A stretch of DNA of 64,000 bases from Chitinophagales bacterium (lineage in GTDB: Bacteria > Bacteroidota > Bacteroidia > Chitinophagales > UBA8649): positions 2,443 through 66,442 of the forward strand of contig JACJYT010000008.1 of assembly GCA_020635975.1 (NCBI GenBank). The letters are read 5' to 3'. The number at the start of each line of letters is the position of its first letter. Position 1 is the stretch's first letter. This document shows, in pieces, positions 27,762 to 35,460 of this stretch. The notes beneath the pieces were generated by a model. The model ran no database searches, had not been told where the DNA came from, and was given only the letters and a program-made list of their open reading frames with translations. The position numbers and the translations under genes are program-made.

Positions 27762-29174
27762 CTAATTTAGCTCTTTTAGTCCTAAATCTGTAGCTATTTT
27801 TCTCATTAAACTTAAAGCTTCTTCCTCATTGTTTGCAATTTCACCCTCCAAAATTGCTTCTTTAATATGATTTTTAATGAGACCAATTTCTCTACAAGGT
27901 TTTAAGCCGTAGGTGGCCATAATTAATTCTCCGCTTATTGGGGGTTCGAAGTTTCGGATGTGATCTTTCTCTTCTATTTCTTTTAGCTTTTGTCGAACTA
28001 TTTTAAAATTCTTTAAAATTCGTTTTACTTTTTCCTCGTTTTTGGAGGTGATATCTGCTTCACACAAGAGCATTAAATCATCTACATCATCGCCGGCATC
28101 AAATAGTAATCTTCTTACTGCCGAATCGGATATGCTATCTTTTGCTATTGGAATTGGACGTAGATGCATTTTAACCAATTTCTGAACATACTTCAATTCC
28201 TTGTTTAAGGGCAATTTTAAATTAGTGAAAATACTTTTGGTCATCCTTTCTCCAATAACTTCATGTCCGTGAAAGGTCCAGCCCACATTCTCCTCAAAGC
28301 GCTTCGATTTAGGTTTGCCAATATCGTGCAACAAGGCAGCCCAACGCAACCATAAATTGTCAGAATTCTCGGCCAAATTATCTAGTACTTGGAGACTGTG
28401 ATAAAAGTTGTCCTTGTGTCCTTTTTGCTTTACATATTCCACCCCTTTAAGCTCACTTAACTCTTTGAATATTAAGGGAAGAAGTTTGGTCTCGTCAAGA
28501 AGGATGAAGCCAACAGATGGCTTTGGAGAGAGCATTATTTTATTTAATTCTGTGGTGATTCTTTCTTGAGATATTATAGAAATTCTATGGGCATTATCTT
28601 TTATCGCTTGAATGCTTTTAGGGTCTATAGAAAAATTCAATTGTGTAGCAAAGCGAATAGCTCGAAGCATGCGAAGTGGATCATCTGAAAAGGTGATGTT
28701 TGGGTCGAGGGGAGTTCTTATTAGCTTATTTTCGAGGTCCTTTTTGCCACCAAAAGGATCTAGGATTTCGCCATAAGTTGCTTTGTTTAAAGAAATAGCC
28801 ATAGCATTAATCGTAAAATCTCTTCTGTTCTGATCATCTTCTAAACTACCTTCTTCTACAATAGGGTTTCTAGAGTTTCTTTGGTAAGATTCTTTTCTTG
28901 CACCTACAAATTCCAAATCAAGTCCATGGTATACAAATTGCGCAGTACCAAAATTCTTAAAATAATTTACTTTTAGTTTAGGATTAAGCAATTCTGCAGT
29001 TTTTTTAGCAAGCTCTATGCCGCTACCAACACAAACAAAGTCGATGTCTTTACTTTCTCTTCCAAGAAAAAGATCTCGCACATAGCCACCTACGATATAG
29101 GTATCCATTTCGAGAAGAGCAGCCGCCTCACTAAGCTTGGTAAAAATTGGGTCTTTTAAATCAAATTGCTTCAT
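27762..29174 (-). CDS. CCA tRNA nucleotidyltransferase / poly(A) polymerase family with HD domain
   Basis: GGYVRDLFLGRESKDIDF nucleotidyltransferase motif, RDFTINA, and an HD region LLHDIGKP. Start taken at ATG 29172-29174 (MKQFDLK). Confidence 0.85.
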   Translation of the reverse strand: MKQFDLKDPIFTKLSEAAALLEMDTYIVGGYVRDLFLGRESKDIDFVCVGSGIELAKKTAELLNPKLKVNYFKNFGTAQFVYHGLDLEFVGARKESYQRNSRNPIVEEGSLEDDQNRRDFTINAMAISLNKATYGEILDPFGGKKDLENKLIRTPLDPNITFSDDPLRMLRAIRFATQLNFSIDPKSIQAIKDNAHRISIISQERITTELNKIMLSPKPSVGFILLDETKLLPLIFKELSELKGVEYVKQKGHKDNFYHSLQVLDNLAENSDNLWLRWAALLHDIGKPKSKRFEENVGWTFHGHEVIGERMTKSIFTNLKLPLNKELKYVQKLVKMHLRPIPIAKDSISDSAVRRLLFDAGDDVDDLMLLCEADITSKNEEKVKRILKNFKIVRQKLKEIEEKDHIRNFEPPISGELIMATYGLKPCREIGLIKNHIKEAILEGEIANNEEEALSLMRKIATDLGLKELN

Positions 29175-29245
29175 GAAAAGGCAAAAATACACAACAAATG
29201 TGCATAAACAATTAGTTTCTTAGTCTCTTATAAAAACTTATTGGA

Positions 29246-29253
29246 TAACTTTG
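29246..29253 (+). promoter_or_regulatory. putative -7 box TAACTTTG
   Basis: TAnnTTTG match 16 nt upstream of ATG 29270. Confidence 0.35.
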
Positions 29254-29269
29254 CAGAAAAAAAATATAA

Positions 29270-29650
29270 ATGGCCTTAGATATTGTAGGAAAGTTGCATA
29301 AAGTGTTTGATGTAGAGCAAAAAACAGATTCTTTCAAAACTCGTGAATTCGTAATCGAAACTTCTGGAGAGTATCCTCAGTTTGTGAAATTCCAAACTAC
29401 CCAAGATAGATGTTCTTTGATAGAAGCTTTTAAGGAAGGGGATGAACTAAAGGTGCATTTTGATTTGCGCGGAAGAGAATGGCAAGGTAAGTATTTCACT
29501 AACTTGAATGCATGGAAAATTGAAGCGGCTTCGGCTGCTGCTCCTAGTAGAGATGAAACTTATTCTTCTTCTAATGGAGCAAGCTATTCGAGTTCTAGTT
29601 CGGATATGCCAATGGATGCAAGAGAAGATTTAGACGATTTACCATTTTAA
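29270..29650 (+). CDS. DUF3127 (OB-fold-like) protein with disordered Ser-rich linker and acidic DDLPF C-terminal tip
   Basis: VGKLHKVFDVEQKTDSFKTREFVIET..YPQFVKFQ..DRCSLIE..GDELKVHFDLRGREWQGKYFTNLNAWKIE, then AASAAAPSRDETYSSSNGASYSSSSS and EDLDDLPF. Confidence 0.75.
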   Translation: MALDIVGKLHKVFDVEQKTDSFKTREFVIETSGEYPQFVKFQTTQDRCSLIEAFKEGDELKVHFDLRGREWQGKYFTNLNAWKIEAASAAAPSRDETYSSSNGASYSSSSSDMPMDAREDLDDLPF

Positions 29651-29671
29651 TTAAATTCTAAACTAAAATTT

Positions 29672-30136
29672 ATGGAGAGCCTATACGAGTTTTTAAAACC
29701 TAGTCATAGCATACTCAGGTATTTTTTATTATTGCTGCTCATAGCCACTGTGGTAAAATCTTATTTAGGATGGAAGGGAGCTAAGCCTTTCACGAAGATG
29801 GATGATAAGCTAAGTTTAAGAACTTTTATTTTAAGTCACATCATGTTATTGTTGGGCTTGTTCTTGTACTTTGTTGGACCCAATGGCATCAAATTATTTT
29901 CGAAGGGAATGAGTCAGGTTATGTCTATTTCTGTTTTTAGGTTTTTTGCTGTGGAACATATTTTTGGCATGTTGGTAGCAATTAGCTTAATAACTATTGG
30001 AAGAATAAAGGCTAAAAAGCAGCTAGAGGATCTTGCAAAGCACAAGACCACCTTTATCTATTTTTTGATTGCCTTAATAATAATTTTAGTTACTATACCT
30101 TGGCCGTTTAGGAACTTGGGTACAGCTTGGTTTTAG
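29672..30136 (+). CDS. small integral membrane protein (4 predicted TM helices), function unknown
   Basis: ORF with four hydrophobic segments. No motif recognised. Confidence 0.5.
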   Translation: MESLYEFLKPSHSILRYFLLLLLIATVVKSYLGWKGAKPFTKMDDKLSLRTFILSHIMLLLGLFLYFVGPNGIKLFSKGMSQVMSISVFRFFAVEHIFGMLVAISLITIGRIKAKKQLEDLAKHKTTFIYFLIALIIILVTIPWPFRNLGTAWF

Positions 30137-30138
30137 AT

Positions 30139-30900
30139 ATGAATACATTAAAAATTACAAGAGAAGAGGATTACGCTATCGTTCAATTGGATAGGGGTCG
30201 ATCTAATCCGATTAACCAAGAAATGCTCGATGATTTACAGAGGGCTTTTGAAGCTTTTAGTCTGGATACTAGCGTGAAAGGTGTAATCTTAACTGGCAAA
30301 GAAAAGTTCTTTTCTTCGGGTTTAGATGTAATAGAATTGTATGGCTATAATGAAGAGCAGATTGCAAAGTTGTTTAAGAGTTTGTTTGCCACTATTGGTG
30401 CTTTGTTAGCTTTTCCTAAACCAGTAGTAGCTTCCATTACAGGGCATTCACCAGCAGGTGGTTGTGTGCTTGCTCTTTGTTGCGATTATCGAGTAATGGC
30501 AGCTGGAAAGTATAGAATTGGCTTAAATGAAATTCCAGTTGGAATAATTATACCAGAATATATTTATGAGTTAATGGCCTATTGGATTGGCGCTGGAAAG
30601 GCATTTCAATGTATAGCTAATGGAGCTTTGTTGAGTGGGGAAGAAGCTCGAGCACTAATGCTAATAGATGAGTTAATTGCCGAGGAGGAAGTTTTAGAAA
30701 GAAGTATTCTCCAATTAAAAAAATTCCAAAGTTTTAGTGCCAATACTTGGAGTGTCAGCAAGAGTAACATGAGAGCTCCTTTACTTCAACATTTTAAAGA
30801 ATTTAATGCTTCTAGTCTAGAAGAATTAATGAAGCAATGGTGGAGTACTGAAACTAGAAGTATTTTGGGTGCATTAGTAGCTCAACTTACACAAAAGTAA
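30139..30900 (+). CDS. enoyl-CoA hydratase/isomerase (crotonase) family protein
   Basis: FFSSGLDV and ITGHSPAGGCVLALCCDYRVMA crotonase-fold motifs. Start at ATG 30139 (MNTLKI). Confidence 0.8.
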   Translation: MNTLKITREEDYAIVQLDRGRSNPINQEMLDDLQRAFEAFSLDTSVKGVILTGKEKFFSSGLDVIELYGYNEEQIAKLFKSLFATIGALLAFPKPVVASITGHSPAGGCVLALCCDYRVMAAGKYRIGLNEIPVGIIIPEYIYELMAYWIGAGKAFQCIANGALLSGEEARALMLIDELIAEEEVLERSILQLKKFQSFSANTWSVSKSNMRAPLLQHFKEFNASSLEELMKQWWSTETRSILGALVAQLTQK

Positions 30901-30906
30901 GCATGG

Positions 30907-31755
30907 ATGTTTAGTAAAGGCATAAAACACATGCTTTTGGCTGGTGTTTTCTTTTCCATAATGAACGTTTGTGTAAAGTATTTACAAAATATTCCAGCCA
31001 TAGAAATTGTTTTCTTTAGAAGTTTAATTACCCTTGTTATCAGTGCGGTAATGATAAAACGTATGAACCTTTCCTTCTTCGGGAATAACAAGAAAATTTT
31101 ATTTTTACGCGGGTTTTTTGGTGTTTTAGCGCTTTACTTGTATTTCTCTAGTTTGCAAAATATGCCTTTGGCATCGGCAGTTACTATCCAGCAAATGTCG
31201 CCTATCTTTACTAGCATCCTTGCCATCTTTATCTTAAAAGAAAGTTTGGCATTGCCACAATGGGCTTTTTATTTGATTTCCTTTGTAGGTGTTGCCTTGA
31301 TAAAGGGCTTTAATCCAGACCTGTCCTTTTTGTATTTCTTCTTGGCACTTGCTTCGGCAGTCTTTTCGGCTCTTGCCTATAATATGGTAAGAAAATTAAA
31401 AGACAGCGATCATCCTTTGGTTGTAGTCTTTTATTTCCCGCTTGTAGCCATGCCCTTGGCAGGTATTTTTAGTTTCATGTATTGGGTGCAACCTAGTTGG
31501 CAAGAATATTTATTATTGCTAGGGGTAGGAGTTTCTACTCAGATTGCACAAGTAAATTTGACCAAGGCCTTGCAATTAGAAGAAATGGCCAAGGTATCTA
31601 TCGTGCAGTATCAAACCATTATTTATGCAATAATCTTCGGATTAATTCTTTTTGATGAGCAATACAGTTATCTGACCATTATAGGAATAATCCTTGTTAT
31701 TGGTGGAATGCTTGCCAATATTTGGTACAGTAAATATAAAAAACCTGCTATTTAG
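30907..31755 (+). CDS. EamA/DMT family transporter
   Basis: 10-TM pattern consistent with two EamA-like halves. Confidence 0.7.
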   Translation: MFSKGIKHMLLAGVFFSIMNVCVKYLQNIPAIEIVFFRSLITLVISAVMIKRMNLSFFGNNKKILFLRGFFGVLALYLYFSSLQNMPLASAVTIQQMSPIFTSILAIFILKESLALPQWAFYLISFVGVALIKGFNPDLSFLYFFLALASAVFSALAYNMVRKLKDSDHPLVVVFYFPLVAMPLAGIFSFMYWVQPSWQEYLLLLGVGVSTQIAQVNLTKALQLEEMAKVSIVQYQTIIYAIIFGLILFDEQYSYLTIIGIILVIGGMLANIWYSKYKKPAI

Positions 31756-31817
31756 GCTTTACTTAAGTTTTTCAATAATTATAGGCCTTAAAAAACCATA
31801 GACTCGAGGATTTCTTC

Positions 31818-31825
31818 TAAATTTG
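31818..31825 (+). promoter_or_regulatory. putative -7 box TAAATTTG upstream of leuS
   Basis: TAnnTTTG match 23 nt upstream of ATG 31849. Confidence 0.35.
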
Positions 31826-31848
31826 CAGGCTCTAAAAATAGCAAGAAG

Positions 31849-34800
31849 ATGAGCTACAATCCGAAGGAAATACGAAATAAATGGCAAACTTTCTGGAAAG
31901 AAAGCGAAACTTATAAGGTGAGTAATGATCTTACGAAACCTAAGTTTTATGTACTTGATATGTTTCCTTATCCATCTGGAAGCGGCTTGCACGTTGGTCA
32001 TCCGCTAGGCTATGTAGCTAGCGATATTTATTCTAGATATAAAAGATTAAAAGGATTTAATGTACTTCACCCCATGGGCTTCGATGCCTTTGGTTTACCT
32101 GCAGAGCAATATGCTATTGAAACGGGTAAGCATCCAGGAGTTACAACAGCAGAAAATATTGCCACCTATAAAAGACAATTAAACAATATTGGACTTTCCT
32201 TTGATTGGTCGAGAGAAGTAATTACTAGTGATCCTTCTTATTATAAATGGACCCAATGGATCTTTACCTTAATGTTCAATCATTGTTATTGCAAGGCGGA
32301 AGATAAGGCGATGCCTATTTCCGATTTGCTTGCTCAGTTTGAAAAAGATGGCAATACCAAAACGAGTGCTTTTACCGACTACAATAAAAAGTTTAGTGCT
32401 AGCGAATGGAAGGCTTTCGACGCAAGCGAGAAAGATCAGATACTGATGCATTACCGTTTGGCATATCGCAAGGTGTCTTTTGTTAATTGGTGCGAGGCTT
32501 TAGGCACTGTATTAGCAAATGATGAGGTGGTAAATGGTGTTTCTGAACGCGGGGGACACCCAGTAGTGCAAAAACCTTTGATGCAATGGAGTTTAAGAAT
32601 TACCGCTTATGCCGAGCGACTTTTACAAGGTATTAAAAATTTGGATTGGTCGGAAAGCTTAAAAGCCCAACAAGAAAATTGGATAGGAAGAAGTGAAGGC
32701 GCTACGGTGTTTTTTGAAGTGGCCCCCATCCCTAACCCTTCCCCCTCGGGTGAAGGGAACCTTGGAAAGTGGATAACTGCAAATCCGGGTAGTTATAAAA
32801 GATTAGAAGCTTATGCCAAGGAAATGCGCCAAAATCCTACCACCCAAGAAGCTAGACTTTGGGAAGAATTAAGAGGTGAAAAGTTGGGCGATAAATTTAG
32901 AAGGCAGCATGTCCTTGAAAATTACATTCCTGATTTTGTTTGTTTGGAAAAAAAGTTGATTGTTGAAGTTGATGGAGAAATTCATTTTTACCCTGAAAAC
33001 ATTCAAGCTGATTTGGCAAGAGCAGAAGTATTAGAAGAGTTGGGATATAAAATTTTACGTTTTAAAAATGAAGAGGTAGATAAAAATATCTCTAGAGTCT
33101 TATTGAAAATAAGTGAAGAACTTTCAAAGCGAGAATCTTCTATAGGAACGGAAAGTTCCCCCTCGCCTGAGGAGAGGGGGCTAGGGGGTGAGGCCTTAAA
33201 ATTAGAAATCTTTACCACTCGTCCAGACACTATTTTTGGAGTTACTTTTATGGTAATTGCCCCAGAGCATGCTTTGCTCAATAGTTTAGTAAGCGCTGAG
33301 CAAGAAGAAGCGGTGAAGGCCTATATTGAAGCAACTAAATCTAGGTCGAATGTAGACCGCCAGGCTAGTAAAGAAGTGAGTGGCGTATTTACAGGATCTT
33401 ATGCTATTCATCCTTTTACAGGCAAGCAAATTCCAATTTGGATTGGCGAATATGTGCTCATTGATTATGGAACAGGAGCTATTATGGCGGTTCCAAGTGA
33501 TGATGATAGAGATTACGCCTTTGCTAAACATTTTGGTATCGAAATAATTGATATTTGTGATAAAAGTGCCTATCCTAATGCCACGAAGTCGGATAAGTTA
33601 GGCAAGATGATCAACTCCGATTTTTTAAACGGAATGGAGGTGAAAGACGCCATTGCTCTAGCTATTCAAAAATTAGTAGCACAAGGAATAGGCAACTTGA
33701 AGGTAAATTACAAACTACGTGATGCAAATTTTAGTCGCCAAAGATATTGGGGAGAACCTTTTCCAATTGCTTACGATAAAGAAGGAGCAGCTATAGATTT
33801 GCCCTTAGAAGAGCTTCCTTTAGAGTTGCCACCAATGGACGACATTAAGCCTGTTAATGGTAAAGCACCTTTAAGTAAACTTACTAATTGGAGCTATAAG
33901 GGCATGCCTTTAGACACGGATACCATGCCAGGAAATGCAGGTAGTTCCTGGTATTTTCTGCGTTATATGGATCCTAATAACGACCAGGCTTTTTGTTCCA
34001 CAGAAGCAGTAAGTTATTGGCAAGATGTGGATTTGTATATTGGGGGAACAGAACATGCTGTTGGACACTTAATGTATTCTAGATTTTGGCATAAGTTTCT
34101 TTACGACCTTGGTAAAGTTCCAACGCAAGAACCGTTCAAGAAATTGATAAATCAAGGGATGATTCAAGGCGAGAGTGCTTTTGAATACAAGGTGGTAAAC
34201 GAAAATAAATTCGTTTCTTACAACTTGAAAGATGCGTATAACACCATTCCGATTCATGTGGCGATTACCTTGGTGAATGATAAAGGGGAATTGGATCTGG
34301 AAGCAGTGAAACGGTGGAGACCAGAGCAGGCAGAAGCGGAGTTTGTGCTGGAGGATGGTAAATATATCGTTGGACATGAAGTGGAGAAAATGTCGAAATC
34401 GAAACACAATGTGGTAAATCCAGACGATGTTATTGAGGAGTACGGAGCAGATTGTTTCCGCATGTTTGAAATGTTTTTAGGTCCGATAGAAAACCATAAA
34501 CCGTGGCAAACTAAGGGCATAGATGGCGTAGCTCGCTTTTTGAGAAAATTCTGGAATCTAGCGCACAATGAGGAAGGTGCTTTTATATTGACAAATGAAG
34601 AACCTACAGAAAAGGAAATGAAAATCGTGCACACTTGTATTAAAAAGGTAAACGAGGATATAGAACGTTTTTCATTTAATACCTGTGTTTCTGCTTTTAT
34701 GATATGTGTAAATGATTTGAGCGATTTGAAATGCCATAAGCAGGCGGTAATGTCGGAATTGGTGAAATTAATTTCGCCTTTTGCTCCCCATATTGCGGAA

Positions 34801-35073
34801 GAGCTTTGGCACAAAATGGGAAATACTTCTTCTGTGGTGAAGGATGTTACCTTTCCTCAGTTCGAAGAAAAGTATCTAGTAGAATCGGTAATTTCTTACC
34901 CTGTTTCTATTAATGGAAAAATGCGTGTTAAAATAGACTTAGCAGCAGGTATTTCTCAAGAGCTAGCCAAAGAGCAAGTTCTAGCCAATGAGATTGTACA
35001 AAAATGGATGGAAGGCAATGCGCCTAAAAAATTCATTTTCGTTCCAGGCAGGATTGTGAATATCGTGGTCTAA
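31849..35073 (+). CDS. leuS: leucine--tRNA ligase carrying a 158-codon in-frame insertion
   Basis: HIGH motif (LHVGHPLGY), TTRPDTIFG at the CP1 entry, and KMSKS (VEKMSKSKHN). About 150 aa longer than expected because of the cassette at 32721-33195. Confidence 0.95.
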   Translation: MSYNPKEIRNKWQTFWKESETYKVSNDLTKPKFYVLDMFPYPSGSGLHVGHPLGYVASDIYSRYKRLKGFNVLHPMGFDAFGLPAEQYAIETGKHPGVTTAENIATYKRQLNNIGLSFDWSREVITSDPSYYKWTQWIFTLMFNHCYCKAEDKAMPISDLLAQFEKDGNTKTSAFTDYNKKFSASEWKAFDASEKDQILMHYRLAYRKVSFVNWCEALGTVLANDEVVNGVSERGGHPVVQKPLMQWSLRITAYAERLLQGIKNLDWSESLKAQQENWIGRSEGATVFFEVAPIPNPSPSGEGNLGKWITANPGSYKRLEAYAKEMRQNPTTQEARLWEELRGEKLGDKFRRQHVLENYIPDFVCLEKKLIVEVDGEIHFYPENIQADLARAEVLEELGYKILRFKNEEVDKNISRVLLKISEELSKRESSIGTESSPSPEERGLGGEALKLEIFTTRPDTIFGVTFMVIAPEHALLNSLVSAEQEEAVKAYIEATKSRSNVDRQASKEVSGVFTGSYAIHPFTGKQIPIWIGEYVLIDYGTGAIMAVPSDDDRDYAFAKHFGIEIIDICDKSAYPNATKSDKLGKMINSDFLNGMEVKDAIALAIQKLVAQGIGNLKVNYKLRDANFSRQRYWGEPFPIAYDKEGAAIDLPLEELPLELPPMDDIKPVNGKAPLSKLTNWSYKGMPLDTDTMPGNAGSSWYFLRYMDPNNDQAFCSTEAVSYWQDVDLYIGGTEHAVGHLMYSRFWHKFLYDLGKVPTQEPFKKLINQGMIQGESAFEYKVVNENKFVSYNLKDAYNTIPIHVAITLVNDKGELDLEAVKRWRPEQAEAEFVLEDGKYIVGHEVEKMSKSKHNVVNPDDVIEEYGADCFRMFEMFLGPIENHKPWQTKGIDGVARFLRKFWNLAHNEEGAFILTNEEPTEKEMKIVHTCIKKVNEDIERFSFNTCVSAFMICVNDLSDLKCHKQAVMSELVKLISPFAPHIAEELWHKMGNTSSVVKDVTFPQFEEKYLVESVISYPVSINGKMRVKIDLAAGISQELAKEQVLANEIVQKWMEGNAPKKFIFVPGRIVNIVV
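32721..33195 (+). mobile_element. TIR-bounded cassette encoding a DUF559/Vsr-like endonuclease domain, inserted in-frame in leuS
   Basis: Imperfect inverted repeats of about 40 nt, GC-rich, at 32721-32760 and 33155-33195. The interior encodes AKEMRQNPTTQEARLWEELRG..KFRRQHVLENYIPDFVCLEKKLIVEVDGEIH..LEELGYKILRFKNEEV. The codon-aligned insert 32722-33195 is 474 nt (a multiple of 3) with no stops. Confidence 0.6.
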
Positions 35074-35099
35074 GCTGGGTCTTAGCTTGAATATTAAGA

Positions 35100-35378
35100 C
35101 TAAGGACAAGCTGGATCGCCATCGCAGTCGAGGTCGTCGCAATCAATAAAACCATCTAAGTCGTTGTCGATGCCGTCGGAGCAGATTTCTGCAGTGCCAC
35201 AAGCACTGTTTCCGCTACAGTCAAAATCAGCACAATCGATAAAGCCATCCCCATCATTATCGATACCATCGTTGCACAGCTCCGTGTTATCACTTGGATC
35301 GTCTTCTTTACAAGAAGATAGCGTAGCCATTCCAAAAAGGAAAGCGAGTATTAAAATTGTTGTATTTCTGGCTTTCAT
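35100..35378 (-). CDS. small lipoprotein with two Cys-bracketed DxDxDG (EF-hand/Excalibur-like) calcium-binding repeats
   Basis: Lipobox LSSC. Two repeats: CNDGIDNDGDGFIDCADFDCSGNSAC and CSDGIDNDLDGFIDCDDLDCDGDPAC. Confidence 0.65.
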   Translation of the reverse strand: MKARNTTILILAFLFGMATLSSCKEDDPSDNTELCNDGIDNDGDGFIDCADFDCSGNSACGTAEICSDGIDNDLDGFIDCDDLDCDGDPACP

Positions 35379-35460
35379 AGTCCTTCTTATATTTAGATTG
35401 AACTAAAAATAAGAAATAAATTCAACTTTAGTGGGATAGGAGAACGAAAGTTGCATAAAC

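Noticed and set aside
31759-32001. 80-aa minus-strand ORF overlapping the leuS start.
   Set aside because: It overlaps the leuS promoter and 5' coding region. Its composition is Arg/Phe-rich and consistent with an antisense artefact.
32721-33195. Intein or group I/II intron as the explanation for the leuS insertion.
   Set aside because: The junctions lack the intein hallmarks: no Cys/Ser/Thr at the N-junction, no His-Asn plus Cys/Ser/Thr at the C-junction, and no Hint blocks. The insert is in frame and reads as DUF559 throughout. There is no RT or maturase and no obvious ribozyme structure.
34254-34814. 186-aa antisense ORF, and a 112-aa ORF at 34069..34407, inside leuS.
   Set aside because: They lie entirely within the conserved leuS coding region on the opposite strand. 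No motifs were recognised, and open antisense frames of this kind are typical by chance.
35082-35103. A hairpin (GTCTTA..TAAGAC) between leuS and the convergent small lipoprotein gene as a bidirectional terminator.
   Set aside because: The stem is only 6 bp and AT-rich, the loop is 10 nt, and there is no clear U-tract. This is too weak to call.
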